Shown here: piece after piece, positions 29,635 through 39,900 of the stretch
Layout: each line of letters starts with the position of its first letter
How positions within the stretch are numbered: position 1 is the stretch's first letter
DNA from: Planctomycetota bacterium
Lineage (GTDB): Bacteria > Planctomycetota > B15-G4
NCBI GenBank assembly: GCA_965248575.1
Contig: CBDFJQ010000002.1
Coordinates: 4,736,001-4,800,000 of the forward strand
DNA: 64,000 nt
Reading direction: 5' to 3'
Position numbers and translations under genes: made by a program
The notes under the pieces: model-generated
What the model saw: the letters and a program-made list of their open reading frames with translations, nothing else
Databases searched by the model: none
Told to the model about the DNA's origin: nothing

Positions 29635-29873
29635 GACTGGTCCTCCTGCGGCGAGTCATCGTGAGGGTCGGCGCACCGGTTGAGCACTGAGATGAGTCCT
29701 GCGATGTGGCCGCCCACCAGCTTACCTGCGATTGTCGGGTCCGATGATTCGCTTGGCTACGGCGCCAGGCGAAGCGTAGGGTCGGGCCTCGTCCAGGGCT
29801 CGAGTAGCCGCAGTCAGTCGGCGATCAGATTCGACCGATCACCCTCGACGATCGGTCCAGATGGGGCGCGACG

Positions 29874-29978
29874 ATGGGCAAGGGACAAGACCGCAAGAAG
29901 GACCAGAAGAAGAAGCCAGCGAAGACGCCAAAGGAGAAGCGCGCCGCTCAGGTCGCCAAGCGCGGCAAGGGCAAGTAG
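29874..29978 (+). CDS. 34-aa basic microprotein (below the ORF-track cut-off)
   Basis: Translated by hand: MGKGQDRKKDQKKKPAKTPKEKRAAQVAKRGKGK*. All Lys codons are AAG, as in neighbouring genes. Confidence 0.7.
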   Translation: MGKGQDRKKDQKKKPAKTPKEKRAAQVAKRGKGK

Positions 29979-30180
29979 GCGGGAGCCATCCCCGTGCGCG
30001 GACGCAGATGGAGACTTTACTACTCCTGATGGCTCTGCCAGATCACGTGTACGATCTTGTAGTGCCCCTCTTCGCTCGCAAGCGACGTGGGAGTTCGCCG
30101 GGATTTTCCTCGATCATTCCAGGATTCCCGGTACATGAAGCCTCGTCGCTTCATCGTTCACCGGGCCAGGAGAAAGAAGA

Positions 30181-30939
30181 ATGATCGCGAGCATGCCATT
30201 GCGCCGTTCCCTTGTGAGATTCGGAGTGGGCGCGGGCTTGTTCTTCGCGCTGCTCGTTTCGCCTTCCGTGGGCCAGACCACCCACACTGTCGAAGCAGTA
30301 GGAACCAACTTCAGCCCCCAGAACCTCACCATCAGCGTGGGGGACACGGTGCGCTGGACCAACCTCGCGGGCATGTTCCACAACGTGGCGCAGACGGATT
30401 GCCCTCCGACCTCGGGCTCGACCTGGAACGGAGGCTTCCGCTCGGGCAACCCCGGCGCGGTGAACGTCTTCCAGATGACGTTCAATTCGGCAGAGGAGAT
30501 CTGCTACTTCTGCGAGACGCACGTTGGCTTTGGCATGAACGGCACTGTTTCGGTTCAGGCCGGCGACCCGTGGATGGATCTGGGCGGTGGCACGGTGGGC
30601 ATCGCCGGGCAGCCGACCTTGGATGTGTCGGGACCGTTGACCGCGGGTTCGACCCTCACACTGGACCTGACGGCGGCTCCGCCCAGCGCCTTGATGTTGT
30701 TCTGGCTGTCCTTCAGCTCCACGCCCCTGAGCTTCTTCGGCGGCACGATCCATCCCACCATCCCGCCCAACCTGCAGGTCCTTCGTTTCAGTGATGTGGC
30801 GGGTGAGTTGTCCCAGTCCGTGCCGTGGCCTGCGGGGATTCCAGCAGGGACGGAACTCTACATGCAGTTCCTGATCCAGGACCTGTCCGTGTTGCATGAG
30901 ATCACCCTGTCCAACGGCATGACGGCGATGACCCCGTGA
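30181..30939 (+). CDS. secreted plastocyanin-like cupredoxin with conserved CTD
   Basis: 'FSPQNLTISVGDTVRWTN...HNV', type-1 Cu ligands 'YFCETH...GM.G'. CTD ending 'QFLIQD...TLSNGMTAMTP'. Confidence 0.88.
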   Translation: MIASMPLRRSLVRFGVGAGLFFALLVSPSVGQTTHTVEAVGTNFSPQNLTISVGDTVRWTNLAGMFHNVAQTDCPPTSGSTWNGGFRSGNPGAVNVFQMTFNSAEEICYFCETHVGFGMNGTVSVQAGDPWMDLGGGTVGIAGQPTLDVSGPLTAGSTLTLDLTAAPPSALMLFWLSFSSTPLSFFGGTIHPTIPPNLQVLRFSDVAGELSQSVPWPAGIPAGTELYMQFLIQDLSVLHEITLSNGMTAMTP

Positions 30940-30951
30940 CCTGAGCGCTGG

Positions 30952-31359
30952 CTAGGTTCCCGCCGGGCAGGGTCTGACCTGCTCGGAACCTGCAGACGGT
31001 GAGAAGGTGGCGAGCAGGACGGAATCCGTGGGTGACGTGTTGTGGTAGGCGTGGCAGGTGTCCTTCGGGATCAAGACCACGCCGCCCAAGCTGGCCTCGA
31101 CTTTGTTGGACGTCAGTTGCACGAAGCCGCCACCCTCCAGCACGGTCACGATCAGATCACTCCCCGGGTGCACATGCGGCAGCTCTTCTCCACGGATCAC
31201 CACCAACGCGGTCTTGACGGGTAGCGTGTTCGTGAGCAGGTGATGAGCCAGCTTCGGCTCGCCCGGTGGTAAGCCGTCGATGGTCGCGCGCAGTTCAGCT
31301 GCAATCCGATCCAGATCGACGGGCGCATGTCCCGCAACGGTGTAGGTGTGCGTGCTCAT
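30952..31359 (-). CDS. cupin-domain protein
   Basis: 'PHVHP.SD...VLEGGG', 'IPKDTCHAYHN'. Start reset to MSTHTY. Confidence 0.8.
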   Translation of the reverse strand: MSTHTYTVAGHAPVDLDRIAAELRATIDGLPPGEPKLAHHLLTNTLPVKTALVVIRGEELPHVHPGSDLIVTVLEGGGFVQLTSNKVEASLGGVVLIPKDTCHAYHNTSPTDSVLLATFSPSAGSEQVRPCPAGT

Positions 31360-31554
31360 GTAAGGTCCCCTTCCCCTGCGATGTGAGTTGGTCTTTTGCT
31401 CCGTGCGTTGTATCAGGTCCAGTTGGGTCGCGTGGATCTCTCGAATTGGCCATTCACTGGGGCAGCTTGATGGACACTCCACGCGGTGAGTAGTCTTGAG
31501 AGCGTGTACGGGGATGAGTCATCAAGAGAGCGCGAATCTTCAGGGGGTGAATCA

Positions 31555-32961
31555 GTGACCAGGACCAGTCAGAACCACCGCTTCGGAAGCATGCTGCGAG
31601 TGATCGTCAGTGCTTGTCTCCTTGCACCCTTGCCAAGTCTGCGTGGGGCGGTGGAGCCTGCCGCGGCATGGGTGCCGACACGACCCAGCTGCGCGGAGGA
31701 AGAGCCGGCGCTCACGACGGCATCTGACACCAACCATGCCTGGCTGAACTCAAAACCCTTCGTCTGGAACGAACAGCTCGTTCTAGACACGTCCAGCTAC
31801 GTTCCGATCCCTGGCGAAGAGGAGTTGGCGGAATCGGCCGAGCCGCTTGAGGTCAACGAGCAGCGCGTCACTCTCGAGCGCTTGGGCCCCAATCGCTTTC
31901 GAGTGGACCTCAAGCTCGAAGGGAAGACGTTCGAGCCTCAGCGCGATGACGAGTGGTGTTGGGCTGCCTGTGCTTGGATGGTCAACGAATACAACAGGCG
32001 CGACGATCCCTCGGTGGTCTCTCTGAGCCAGGAGACTCTTGCCCACTACTTCCAAGGGGGTGAGGAACACCAAGCGGCAAACCTGAGCACCATCACCCGG
32101 GCGCTCTGCCTGGATCTCGAAGCGCAGCATCGATTGAATGGCATCACGCTAGGTGCTGATTTCCTCAACATCGGGCCGAACCGTATGGTTCGCGATCTGA
32201 GCGCTGGCAGCATGCCCGTCGTCGGCTTGGTGCAGTCAGGGCTCGGTCATGCGGTGGTGGTGACGGGCGTGACCTATTCCGTGACAGCCGTGGGTCAAGC
32301 GGCGATCAAGACCCACGAACTCAATGCGCGCTTGGATGATGCCGAGCAGTTCTCCGACTTCCTGGGCAAGGTCAAGAAGGCCCGAAAGCTGACAGAAGAA
32401 AAGAAGAGCAAGAAGAAGGACGGCAAGAAGAAGGACGACAAGAAGAAGGGCGACAAGAAGAAGGGCGACAAGAAGAAGGACGACAAGAAGAAGGGCGACA
32501 AGAAGAAGGACGGCAAGAAGAAGGGCGGCAAGAAGAAGGACGGCAAGAAGAAGGACGACAAGAAGAAGGGCGACAAGAAGAAGGACGGCAAGAAGAAGGG
32601 CGACAAGAAGAAGGGCGACAAGAAGAAGGGCGACAAGAAGAAGGGCGGCAAGAAGAAGTCGTCAGGTCCTTCGGAGAAGCTGGAGGATGTCGGCAAGGTG
32701 GTCGACGTCATGGATGGCCTTGCGGATGCCTACGCCATCGAGTCCATCAGTATTCTCGATCCATGGGACCCGGATCAGTTGGAGTTGACGCTGACCGGCG
32801 AGCAGTTGCGCGAACAACTCGGGTTCATCATGACGCGCGAGATGGCGCACGAACTCCTGACCCAAGGTGGCGACGACACCCATTGGACGTTCCTGGGCGC
32901 CCTTGGCTTGGAGTCTGACGTGTTCGAAGAGGCGCAAGCACTGCTTCGAAGTGATGACTGA
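31555..32961 (+). CDS. secreted papain-like cysteine peptidase (C39/C70-like) with Lys-rich insert
   Basis: 'QRDDEWCWAAC', 'GHAVVVTGV', 'ILDPW'. Start uncertain (31486, 31555 or 31591). Confidence 0.7.
   Translation: MTRTSQNHRFGSMLRVIVSACLLAPLPSLRGAVEPAAAWVPTRPSCAEEEPALTTASDTNHAWLNSKPFVWNEQLVLDTSSYVPIPGEEELAESAEPLEVNEQRVTLERLGPNRFRVDLKLEGKTFEPQRDDEWCWAACAWMVNEYNRRDDPSVVSLSQETLAHYFQGGEEHQAANLSTITRALCLDLEAQHRLNGITLGADFLNIGPNRMVRDLSAGSMPVVGLVQSGLGHAVVVTGVTYSVTAVGQAAIKTHELNARLDDAEQFSDFLGKVKKARKLTEEKKSKKKDGKKKDDKKKGDKKKGDKKKDDKKKGDKKKDGKKKGGKKKDGKKKDDKKKGDKKKDGKKKGDKKKGDKKKGDKKKGGKKKSSGPSEKLEDVGKVVDVMDGLADAYAIESISILDPWDPDQLELTLTGEQLREQLGFIMTREMAHELLTQGGDDTHWTFLGALGLESDVFEEAQALLRSDD
32410..32658 (+). 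repeat. 16 x 15-bp tandem repeat AAGAAGAAGGRCGRC plus a partial unit, encoding (KKK[G/D][G/D])16
   Basis: Counted directly from the sequence and its translation. Confidence 0.97.
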
Positions 32962-33601
32962 CCGTTACCCGGCCGTGCTCCTGGGATTGTTCCTGATCGC
33001 GGGCGCGGTCTCGGGCTTCGCGCCCAGCGATCGTTTCAACTGGGTGGCGGAGACCCTTCCGGCCTGGGTCGGCGTGGGCCTCTTGCTGGCCACCTACCGA
33101 CGCTTTCCCCTGACAGGGATCTCGTACACGCTCATCTTCCTGTTTGCGTTGATCCTGCTCACGGGCGGGCACTACACCTACGCCGAGGTGCCCTTGGGCG
33201 AGTGGTGGCGCGACTGGTTCGGGTGGGGCCGCAATCACTTCGACCGGCTGGGGCACTTCTTCCAAGGCGTCATGCCGGCCATGCTTGTGCGCGAGCTGCT
33301 GTTGCGTCGCACGATGCTACGCCCAGGGTTGCGGGTGTTTTCTCTGGCCTGTGCGGCGGCAATGGCTATCAGTGCGCTGTACGAGATCTTTGAGTGGCGC
33401 TACGCCGTGACCTTCGGAGGCGATGCAGCGGCAGACTTCCTCGGGTCGCAAGGGGATGTCTGGGATGCGCAGAAGGACATGAGCATGGCGCTCCTGGGAG
33501 CGATCATCGCGCAGCTGTCCCTGTGGGTGTGGCACAACCGGCAGATAGCCCGGGTTGTGGGGCGGATTCAAGCAGCGCCGGCGCCATTCACCCAGATCTG
33601 A
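32954..33601 (+). CDS. DUF2238 (YjdF-like) inner-membrane protein
   Basis: 'GGHYTYAEVP', 'RNHFDRLGHF.QG', 'FLGSQGDVWDAQKDM'. Confidence 0.9.
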   Translation: MTDRYPAVLLGLFLIAGAVSGFAPSDRFNWVAETLPAWVGVGLLLATYRRFPLTGISYTLIFLFALILLTGGHYTYAEVPLGEWWRDWFGWGRNHFDRLGHFFQGVMPAMLVRELLLRRTMLRPGLRVFSLACAAAMAISALYEIFEWRYAVTFGGDAAADFLGSQGDVWDAQKDMSMALLGAIIAQLSLWVWHNRQIARVVGRIQAAPAPFTQI

Positions 33602-33711
33602 AGCAGGGGGATAGACTGCCTGTGATGTGTCCTGCCCGTCCAGGTCGTGATCACCCTAGGCGTGCGCAGGAGATGCTGGCGTCCATCGGTTTTCCTTCGG
33701 TCTGAACCCTC

Positions 33712-35028
33712 ATGCTGCGACTGCTCCTGATCGTGACCGTGGCGTGTCTGTCCGCTGCGACCTTTGCGCAGTTGGATCCACAGCGGCCCAACGTCCTGGT
33801 GGTGCTGCTGGACGATTGGGGCGTGGATCGCATGGATGCCTACTCAGCATCCAGCTCACGCACTCCTGTGCTCGACTACGTGGCGAGCGTGGGACAGCGT
33901 TACACGCAGGCCTACGCGGACCCCATCTGCAGCCCCACGAGGGCGGCAGCGCTGACGGGCATGCTGGGTGTTCACACGGGGGTCATGGACGCCTTCCCCT
34001 GGGTCAACTTCACGTCGAACACCTTCGTGCTGGACCCCGCCACCGTGGAGACGATTCCCGAGCTCTTGCACTCGACAGGCTATGCCTCCGCGGCCATCGG
34101 CAAATGGCATCTGACGGCTCCCAATTGGCAACCTGACCCTTACCTCCACCCGGTGGAGTTTGGTTTCGATGTGCACATGGGGCCCATCACCAATCTCATC
34201 CTGAGCCTGGGTGCCTCGTACGACGACTACGAGTACAACCACGCCTTCGGACAGCAGGCCACGCAGATGCGTGAGACCACGTACGCCACCACCAAGCAGG
34301 TGGACGATGCCATTGAGTGGATCGCGCATCAGGGCGATGCACCGTGGTTCACGTGGCTGGCGCTCAATGCACCCCATAAGCCGTGGACGCTCCCACCGCA
34401 AGACCTGGTGAGCGTGGACCTCGCGGATGTGGTCACGGAAGAGGAGAAATACGACGCTGTGCTCGAAGCTGCCGACACGGAGATCGGGCGCCTCCTGGTG
34501 AGCATCCGTCGTGCGACCCTGCAGAACACGGTGGTGATCATCTTGGGTGACAACGGCACTCCACAGAGCGCCTTCAGCGATCCGAGCGTGCCCCAGAAGA
34601 AGGGCACCGTGGCGCAGGGCGGTATCCATGTGCCACTGATTGTGTGGCATTCCGCCGTGCAGCCAACAGTGGTCGAGGATCTCGTGCACGTTGTGGATCT
34701 CCATGCCACCGTGCTCGAACTCACGGGGACGCCCCCTCTGCCCATGAGCGATTCGCTCAGCTTTGCGCCCTTGATCCATGGCGCTGTGCAGGGCCCTCGG
34801 GACACGGTGTATGTCACACGCCGCAAACCCCTCGGCTTCGGGCCGTGGACCAACTCCTCGACGGCGGTCCTTGACGGGGACTACAAACTCAGAGAAGAAG
34901 GCTTCGATCGCAAGTTCTACGAGTTCCAGGCCGATGACCTGGAGTCGATAGTGGCCACTCCGCTGGGGCCGGTGGCGTTCGCCGCCAGGGCCAAGCTCAC
35001 GGCGGTGATGAACGCGCTCGCGCCTTGA
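33712..35028 (+). CDS. secreted Cys-type (formylglycine) sulfatase
   Basis: 'PNVLVVLLDDWG', CSPTRAAALTG, GKWHL, NAPH, GDNG. Confidence 0.92.
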   Translation: MLRLLLIVTVACLSAATFAQLDPQRPNVLVVLLDDWGVDRMDAYSASSSRTPVLDYVASVGQRYTQAYADPICSPTRAAALTGMLGVHTGVMDAFPWVNFTSNTFVLDPATVETIPELLHSTGYASAAIGKWHLTAPNWQPDPYLHPVEFGFDVHMGPITNLILSLGASYDDYEYNHAFGQQATQMRETTYATTKQVDDAIEWIAHQGDAPWFTWLALNAPHKPWTLPPQDLVSVDLADVVTEEEKYDAVLEAADTEIGRLLVSIRRATLQNTVVIILGDNGTPQSAFSDPSVPQKKGTVAQGGIHVPLIVWHSAVQPTVVEDLVHVVDLHATVLELTGTPPLPMSDSLSFAPLIHGAVQGPRDTVYVTRRKPLGFGPWTNSSTAVLDGDYKLREEGFDRKFYEFQADDLESIVATPLGPVAFAARAKLTAVMNALAP

Positions 35029-35045
35029 CGAGGACGCGAGCCGGC

Positions 35046-35849
35046 TCAGCTGCCGTGGGTGTGGTCTGTGCCCAGAAGGTGTGCGTCGATGCGGTGCAGC
35101 ACCTCGAAGCGTGGCGGCGCCGTGCGTTGAAGCAGGGCTGCGTGCTGCGCGTCGAAGCACGCCACCTCTTCGGCGTTGAGCGTGGCGCCGATTCCGCGGC
35201 AGGCCCGGATGCGGCCACGCCAGCTTTCGTGCGTGAACGACAGACCCTCGTCGTACTCGAAGTTGCCCAGGAACGGGAAGTCGTCCGGAGTCCAGCCAGG
35301 CTTTGCTGCGATCAGCCCGGGCCAATCGGCGCCGCCCCAGTCGGAGTTGTGCTGCAGGACGAGCGCCTCGGAGGAGCGCGCGATGCTGTCCAGCCTGGGT
35401 AACCAACAGAGGTGGCACGTCATGAGCCTGCCGCCGGGGGCTGTCACGCGGCGCACTTCTTCGAGAACCCGTGGCGTGTCAAAGTAGAGCCAGCATTGGC
35501 TGGCAGTGACCAGGTCGAAGGAACCGGCAGGAAGGCCCGTGTCCTCAGCGGGGCGCACGTCGAAGTGGGCCTTGAGGCCGGCCCCGGCAGCGACGTCTCG
35601 CGCGGCCTGCACCTGATCGACGGCGATGTCCACGCCCGTGACGTGGGCGCCACGCCGAGCGAGCCCAAGAGAAAGGGCACCCGTGCCGCAGCCGAGGTCC
35701 AGCACCCGCAAGCCATTCATGGGGACGCCGAGGGCAGCGAGATGCTCGTAGAAGCTGTCCGGGTAGCCAGGGCGGAACGACGCGTAGTCGTCGCTCGTTC
35801 GCCCCCAATCGATGCTTCGCTGGCCGTCGTGCGCTGGGATGCCGTCCAT
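35046..35849 (-). CDS. class I SAM-dependent methyltransferase
   Basis: 'DWGRTSDDYASFRPGYP', VLDLGCGTG, 'FDLVTASQCW.YF'. Confidence 0.9.
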   Translation of the reverse strand: MDGIPAHDGQRSIDWGRTSDDYASFRPGYPDSFYEHLAALGVPMNGLRVLDLGCGTGALSLGLARRGAHVTGVDIAVDQVQAARDVAAGAGLKAHFDVRPAEDTGLPAGSFDLVTASQCWLYFDTPRVLEEVRRVTAPGGRLMTCHLCWLPRLDSIARSSEALVLQHNSDWGGADWPGLIAAKPGWTPDDFPFLGNFEYDEGLSFTHESWRGRIRACRGIGATLNAEEVACFDAQHAALLQRTAPPRFEVLHRIDAHLLGTDHTHGS

Positions 35850-35859
35850 GACGCCAGCC

Positions 35860-36256
35860 TACATCGGGGCGCCGCCAGCGGCCGTGCTCGTCTCTTCCCT
35901 CGCGCCCGTCCGTCATGTGGTCATGGATGCTGTCGTGCGCGAAGGGCAGGTGGCGACCCTGGCGGTGGACGGCGAGCTGGGGGACGCCGTCTTCTTGTTC
36001 CTCTCGCATGTCCGCGCAGGCACCGATCCCGCCCCTCAAGGACGTGCTGGTGTTGGATGCCAACAGCCTCAACGGCCCGCGCTTCTTGGGCTTCGTGCCA
36101 ATCAGCGGAGATTTTCTGGTGCAGGCGACCGCTCCTTTTTTACCAGGTGGTGTGGATGCGGAGCTGGTGCTCTTGCAGTCGGCGTTCGTCAGCGCGGGTG
36201 GGTCGGCGACCCTCGGTCCGGCCACCAGCGTGGTGGTCTTGGACGCTGGTTTCTGA
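35860..36256 (+). pseudogene. frameshifted 3' remnant of a paralogue of 27266..28501 (CTD only)
   Basis: Frame A 'VRHVVMDAVVREGQVATLAVDGELGDAVFLFLS' continues in the +1 frame as 'APIPPLKDVLVL...APFLPGG...LQSAFV..GGSATLG....VVVLDAGF', colinear with the CTD of 27266..28501. Shift near 36005-36020. Confidence 0.7.
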
Positions 36257-36647
36257 GCAGAGCGGACACACGCCAAAGCTCAGCCGGTCGAGTTCATGAA
36301 GGCACGGCTCGGCGAGTCGCCTTCGTGCGCTTGCACTGAGGGTCATGCGTTCAATGGGTTTCGAGCTGAAGCAACGAAGGGGCGAATTCTCGCACCGGTA
36401 GCATGCCGACATCCGGATTGCATGAAGCGCCCGAGAGAGCTGCTGGCGCAATCCCGAATCCGACCGTAAGTTGAGTGCGTCAAGTCGGGTCGGGCCACCC
36501 TATAGGACGGGTACATCCTTGGGTGGGTTCGTGGAGCAGTGAGTTCCGGTGGTCCACGACTCCGTCTCGGTGTGATGCCTCGGGTGTAGCCATCGATTGT
36601 CGTGGCTAGGTCTCCGCGGCTACCAAATCAGGACGAGGAAAATTCTT

Positions 36648-36956
36648 ATGCCAGATCCAGCCATGCAGCCAGAAGAAGATCCCCAGCTCTTGGGTGATAC
36701 CGCTCCGACGACGGTCACCGCGACAATGACCTGGTCCGGAGCAGGAGTCTCCATCGCCTTGCCCAATGTGGACGAAGCGGCGCCGTCCAGCGTCAGTTGG
36801 GACTCGACCAACATCTCGGAGAACTCTTCGTCCCGGTGGACGAGCAGCACCTCCACCGTGAGCAACAACAGTCTCAGCGCCGTGTATGCCGGTGGCACGT
36901 ACTCCAACGCCACTATCTCGCGCGGTGCGACGTCGGCTGTCTTGACGAAGAGGTGA
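36648..36956 (+). CDS. small Ser/Thr/Asn-rich protein coupled to the CHAT protease gene
   Basis: GAGGA RBS before ATG 36648. Stop overlaps the next start (GTGA at 36953-36956). Confidence 0.65.
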   Translation: MPDPAMQPEEDPQLLGDTAPTTVTATMTWSGAGVSIALPNVDEAAPSSVSWDSTNISENSSSRWTSSTSTVSNNSLSAVYAGGTYSNATISRGATSAVLTKR

Positions 36957-39900
36957 TCGACTCGGCTTTGGTCGGTTTGGACATTGTGAAGTCGGGCCGG
37001 GCAACGTTCAGCGCACATCGCCGCTGCTTGATGATCGGGGCTCTCAGCATGTTGCTGCTGGCCCCGTCGCTCGCGGCGCAAGATGAGCCCGGCGATGGCT
37101 CGACGGACTCGAATCGCTTGCTCCTCGGAGAGCGACTTGAGCTCCAGCTGACGGTCGATGATCACCCCGTACCGGGCATGGGTGCTGCGCGGATCTTCCG
37201 CGTGGCGCCCGGCTCGGTCGGTTTCACCAGCTCTTCCATCACCGTCGAAGCAGAGTCAGTGGATGGCGATGTGTTGTTGGCGCTGCTCGGCGTGGATGGC
37301 ACTTCGGTGGCCGAGGATGATGACGGTGGCGTAGAGACGAACGCCCGGCTCGTTGTCAATGGAATCACGGAGGGGGCGGAGCTGCGCTTTCTCGTAGCCT
37401 TCAAGGCCACACGCGAGGCGGATGTCAGCCTCAGTGCGCATGCGGGCGTGGTTGAGCCGGCCACGGGGCAAGAGCTGGCGCTCGCACGTGGTCGCTGGCG
37501 AGCTGCCCGGGGGCACCGGCGCCTCGCCCGGGATGAGGCCGCTGGCGCGTGCTCGGACCTGATTCAGGCAGCGAGCCTGCTGTTCAATGTGGAGCGTTAT
37601 GCGGAAGTCGTGGCGGCGCTCGGCCCAGCCGAGCCGCTCTTGGACGAGCATGCGGCGGCGGCCGTCCGACCCTATGCGCGTGCATTCCATGCCTGCAGCG
37701 TGTATCGCCTGGGGTATCTGGGGGAGGCTCGCAAGCGCCTGGAAGCCGCCCTGTCCGCGGCGCGTTCGGCTGGCATCGCACCTGTTGAGATGTTGGTGGC
37801 GTCCGACTTGGGCCGACTCATGGCGAGCACGGGCGAGCAGGTGGGGGCTGAGGCTGCCCTAACGCGTGCCCTGGAGTTATCGCACCAGCTGGGCGATCGG
37901 GCCAACGAGCTCCTGCTGCAGAATGAGATGGCCCGCCTGTTTCTGGCCCAAGGCTGGATTGTGCGGGCGGACCAGAGTTGTAAGACGGCGGAGGCGCTGG
38001 CCGGCGAGTTGGGCATTCCGCGCCTGCTGTCGGAGACCTTGGCTACTCGTGCGCGATGGTATATCGCGAGCGGTGACGTGCGCTCTGCCGAAGCTCCGCT
38101 TGAGCAGGCTGTGCTCCTGTCGGCCTATGTTGCAAGCCGCGCCAATCTGCTTGGTGAGCTGGGTCAGGTTCGCCAACTCCTAGGTGACCCCCGTGGGGCA
38201 ACCCATGCCTTTTGGCAAGCAGCGGAGATAGCGGCGGAGCTGAAGGATCCTGCCTTGCTCGCGACTGCCCTCATGGGAATGGGGGGCGCCCACTTCAGCC
38301 TGGACGAACCGCTCGCCGCGAAGGATTGCTTCGAGGCCGCGCTGAAGGAACTCAACACAGTGGGCGACCCAAGGAACCGTGCCCTGTGCATGACGTTCTT
38401 GTCCGAGACGCTCTCGACAATGGGCGAGGGAGAACTCGCCCTCGCAGAGGCAATGAAGGCTCTCAAGTTGGCGCAGACCCTCGGTGACAGGCCGATGCTC
38501 TCCAACGCTTCTTCTGCCGTTCGCTTCTGTCACTACCTCGCGGGAAATTTCGAGCAGCTGGAGAAAATCACCCGCGATCATCTGACATCCATGGAACGGG
38601 CGCAGCTCCCGGCTGAGGTGGCTCGCGCGCACGCGGATCTGGCGGAGGTCCACTTCCAACGGGGCCGGCTCAAGGAGGCGCAAGTCGCGGCGCAGATCGC
38701 CTTCGAAACCTTTGAGGGCATGCGGCTCGACGAGGAGCGCGTGGCGTTCGTGGCTTCCCAGGTTTTGACGAAAGTTGCGATTGCTCGCGGAGATCTGCCC
38801 GCCGCCGAGGTTTCTATGGATCGCATGGAGCTGATTGCGCGACGAATCGAGATGAAGGCGGGGGACGCGCACGCGGTCTCAACGCTGCGATCTGGCGAAG
38901 TCCTGCACACCGTGGCTCAGTTGGCGTACGACCTCACCGCCTTGCGGGTGCGCAAGGCCAGTGCTCAACAAGAGGTCCGTGCTGCCTTGGACGAAGGCTT
39001 GCGTCTAGCCGGCCAATGGAAGGGGCTGGAGCTTGCCGAGGGCTTGCAGACTTTTCGACGAGCTGGAAGCAATCCAGAGACATCCGCCCTGCTGCAGGAG
39101 CGTCGACGGCTGCTCCAGGACCGCGACGATGTTGTTTCCGAGTTGCTCGCCGCCGTGGCGCAGGATCTCTCGCAGGAGGAACGCCAAACCCTGTCCGAGA
39201 AAGCTCACGGCTTGGACGGGGCGGCGCAGCAGATCGCCGCACAGCTCGCCGAGCTTTCGCCGCAGGATGCGTCCCTTGAGGGTCTGGTCAGTTGGGGGCT
39301 GGCGGAGGTCAGAGCCAGCTTGGCGAGCGACGAGGTGTACATCGAGTTTGTCGAAGGGCAGGAGAGGCTCTACAGCTTCGTCGTGTCGCGGGATTCGGCA
39401 CAGATGCACGACTTGGGGGAGGTCGCCACGCGTCGCAGGGAAGTCGATGAGTTTGTAGCAGGTTTGTCTCAGCGCGAGCGACTTGCGAGCTGTGAGACAA
39501 TTGCAAACGCGGGGGCGGAGGTCTGGGGTGCCTTGATTGGCAGGTCCCTCGATCAGCCGCTGCCCGGAGGGTCACGCCTGGTGATCGTGCCCAGCGGGTC
39601 GCTGTCCACGCTCCCTTTCGAGGCGCTTGTGCTTGCCAGCGCTGACGAGCCGTCCAGCTTCGAGGATGTCGACTTCGTGCTGGATGAGCACGAAGTGGTC
39701 TACGCCTCGTCGGGCCCGGTGTTCGCTGCGCTTCAATCAAGTGGGCCCCGAGCCACACCAGGTCGGGCGTTGGTGTTGGGTGACCCGGTCTATGACGCGC
39801 CGTCCACATCCACCTTGCGCGGCACGCGCGATCCCCGAAGCCTAGGCTTCACGCGCATTCCAGGTACACGCGACGAGGCGCTTGCCCTGGCGCGCGTCCT

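Noticed and set aside
32410..32658. Tandem array as a CRISPR or as a DGR-type adenine-variable region
   Set aside because: Units are contiguous 15-mers with no spacers, lie in frame inside a CDS, and no cas or reverse transcriptase gene is in the window. Simple slippage explains it.
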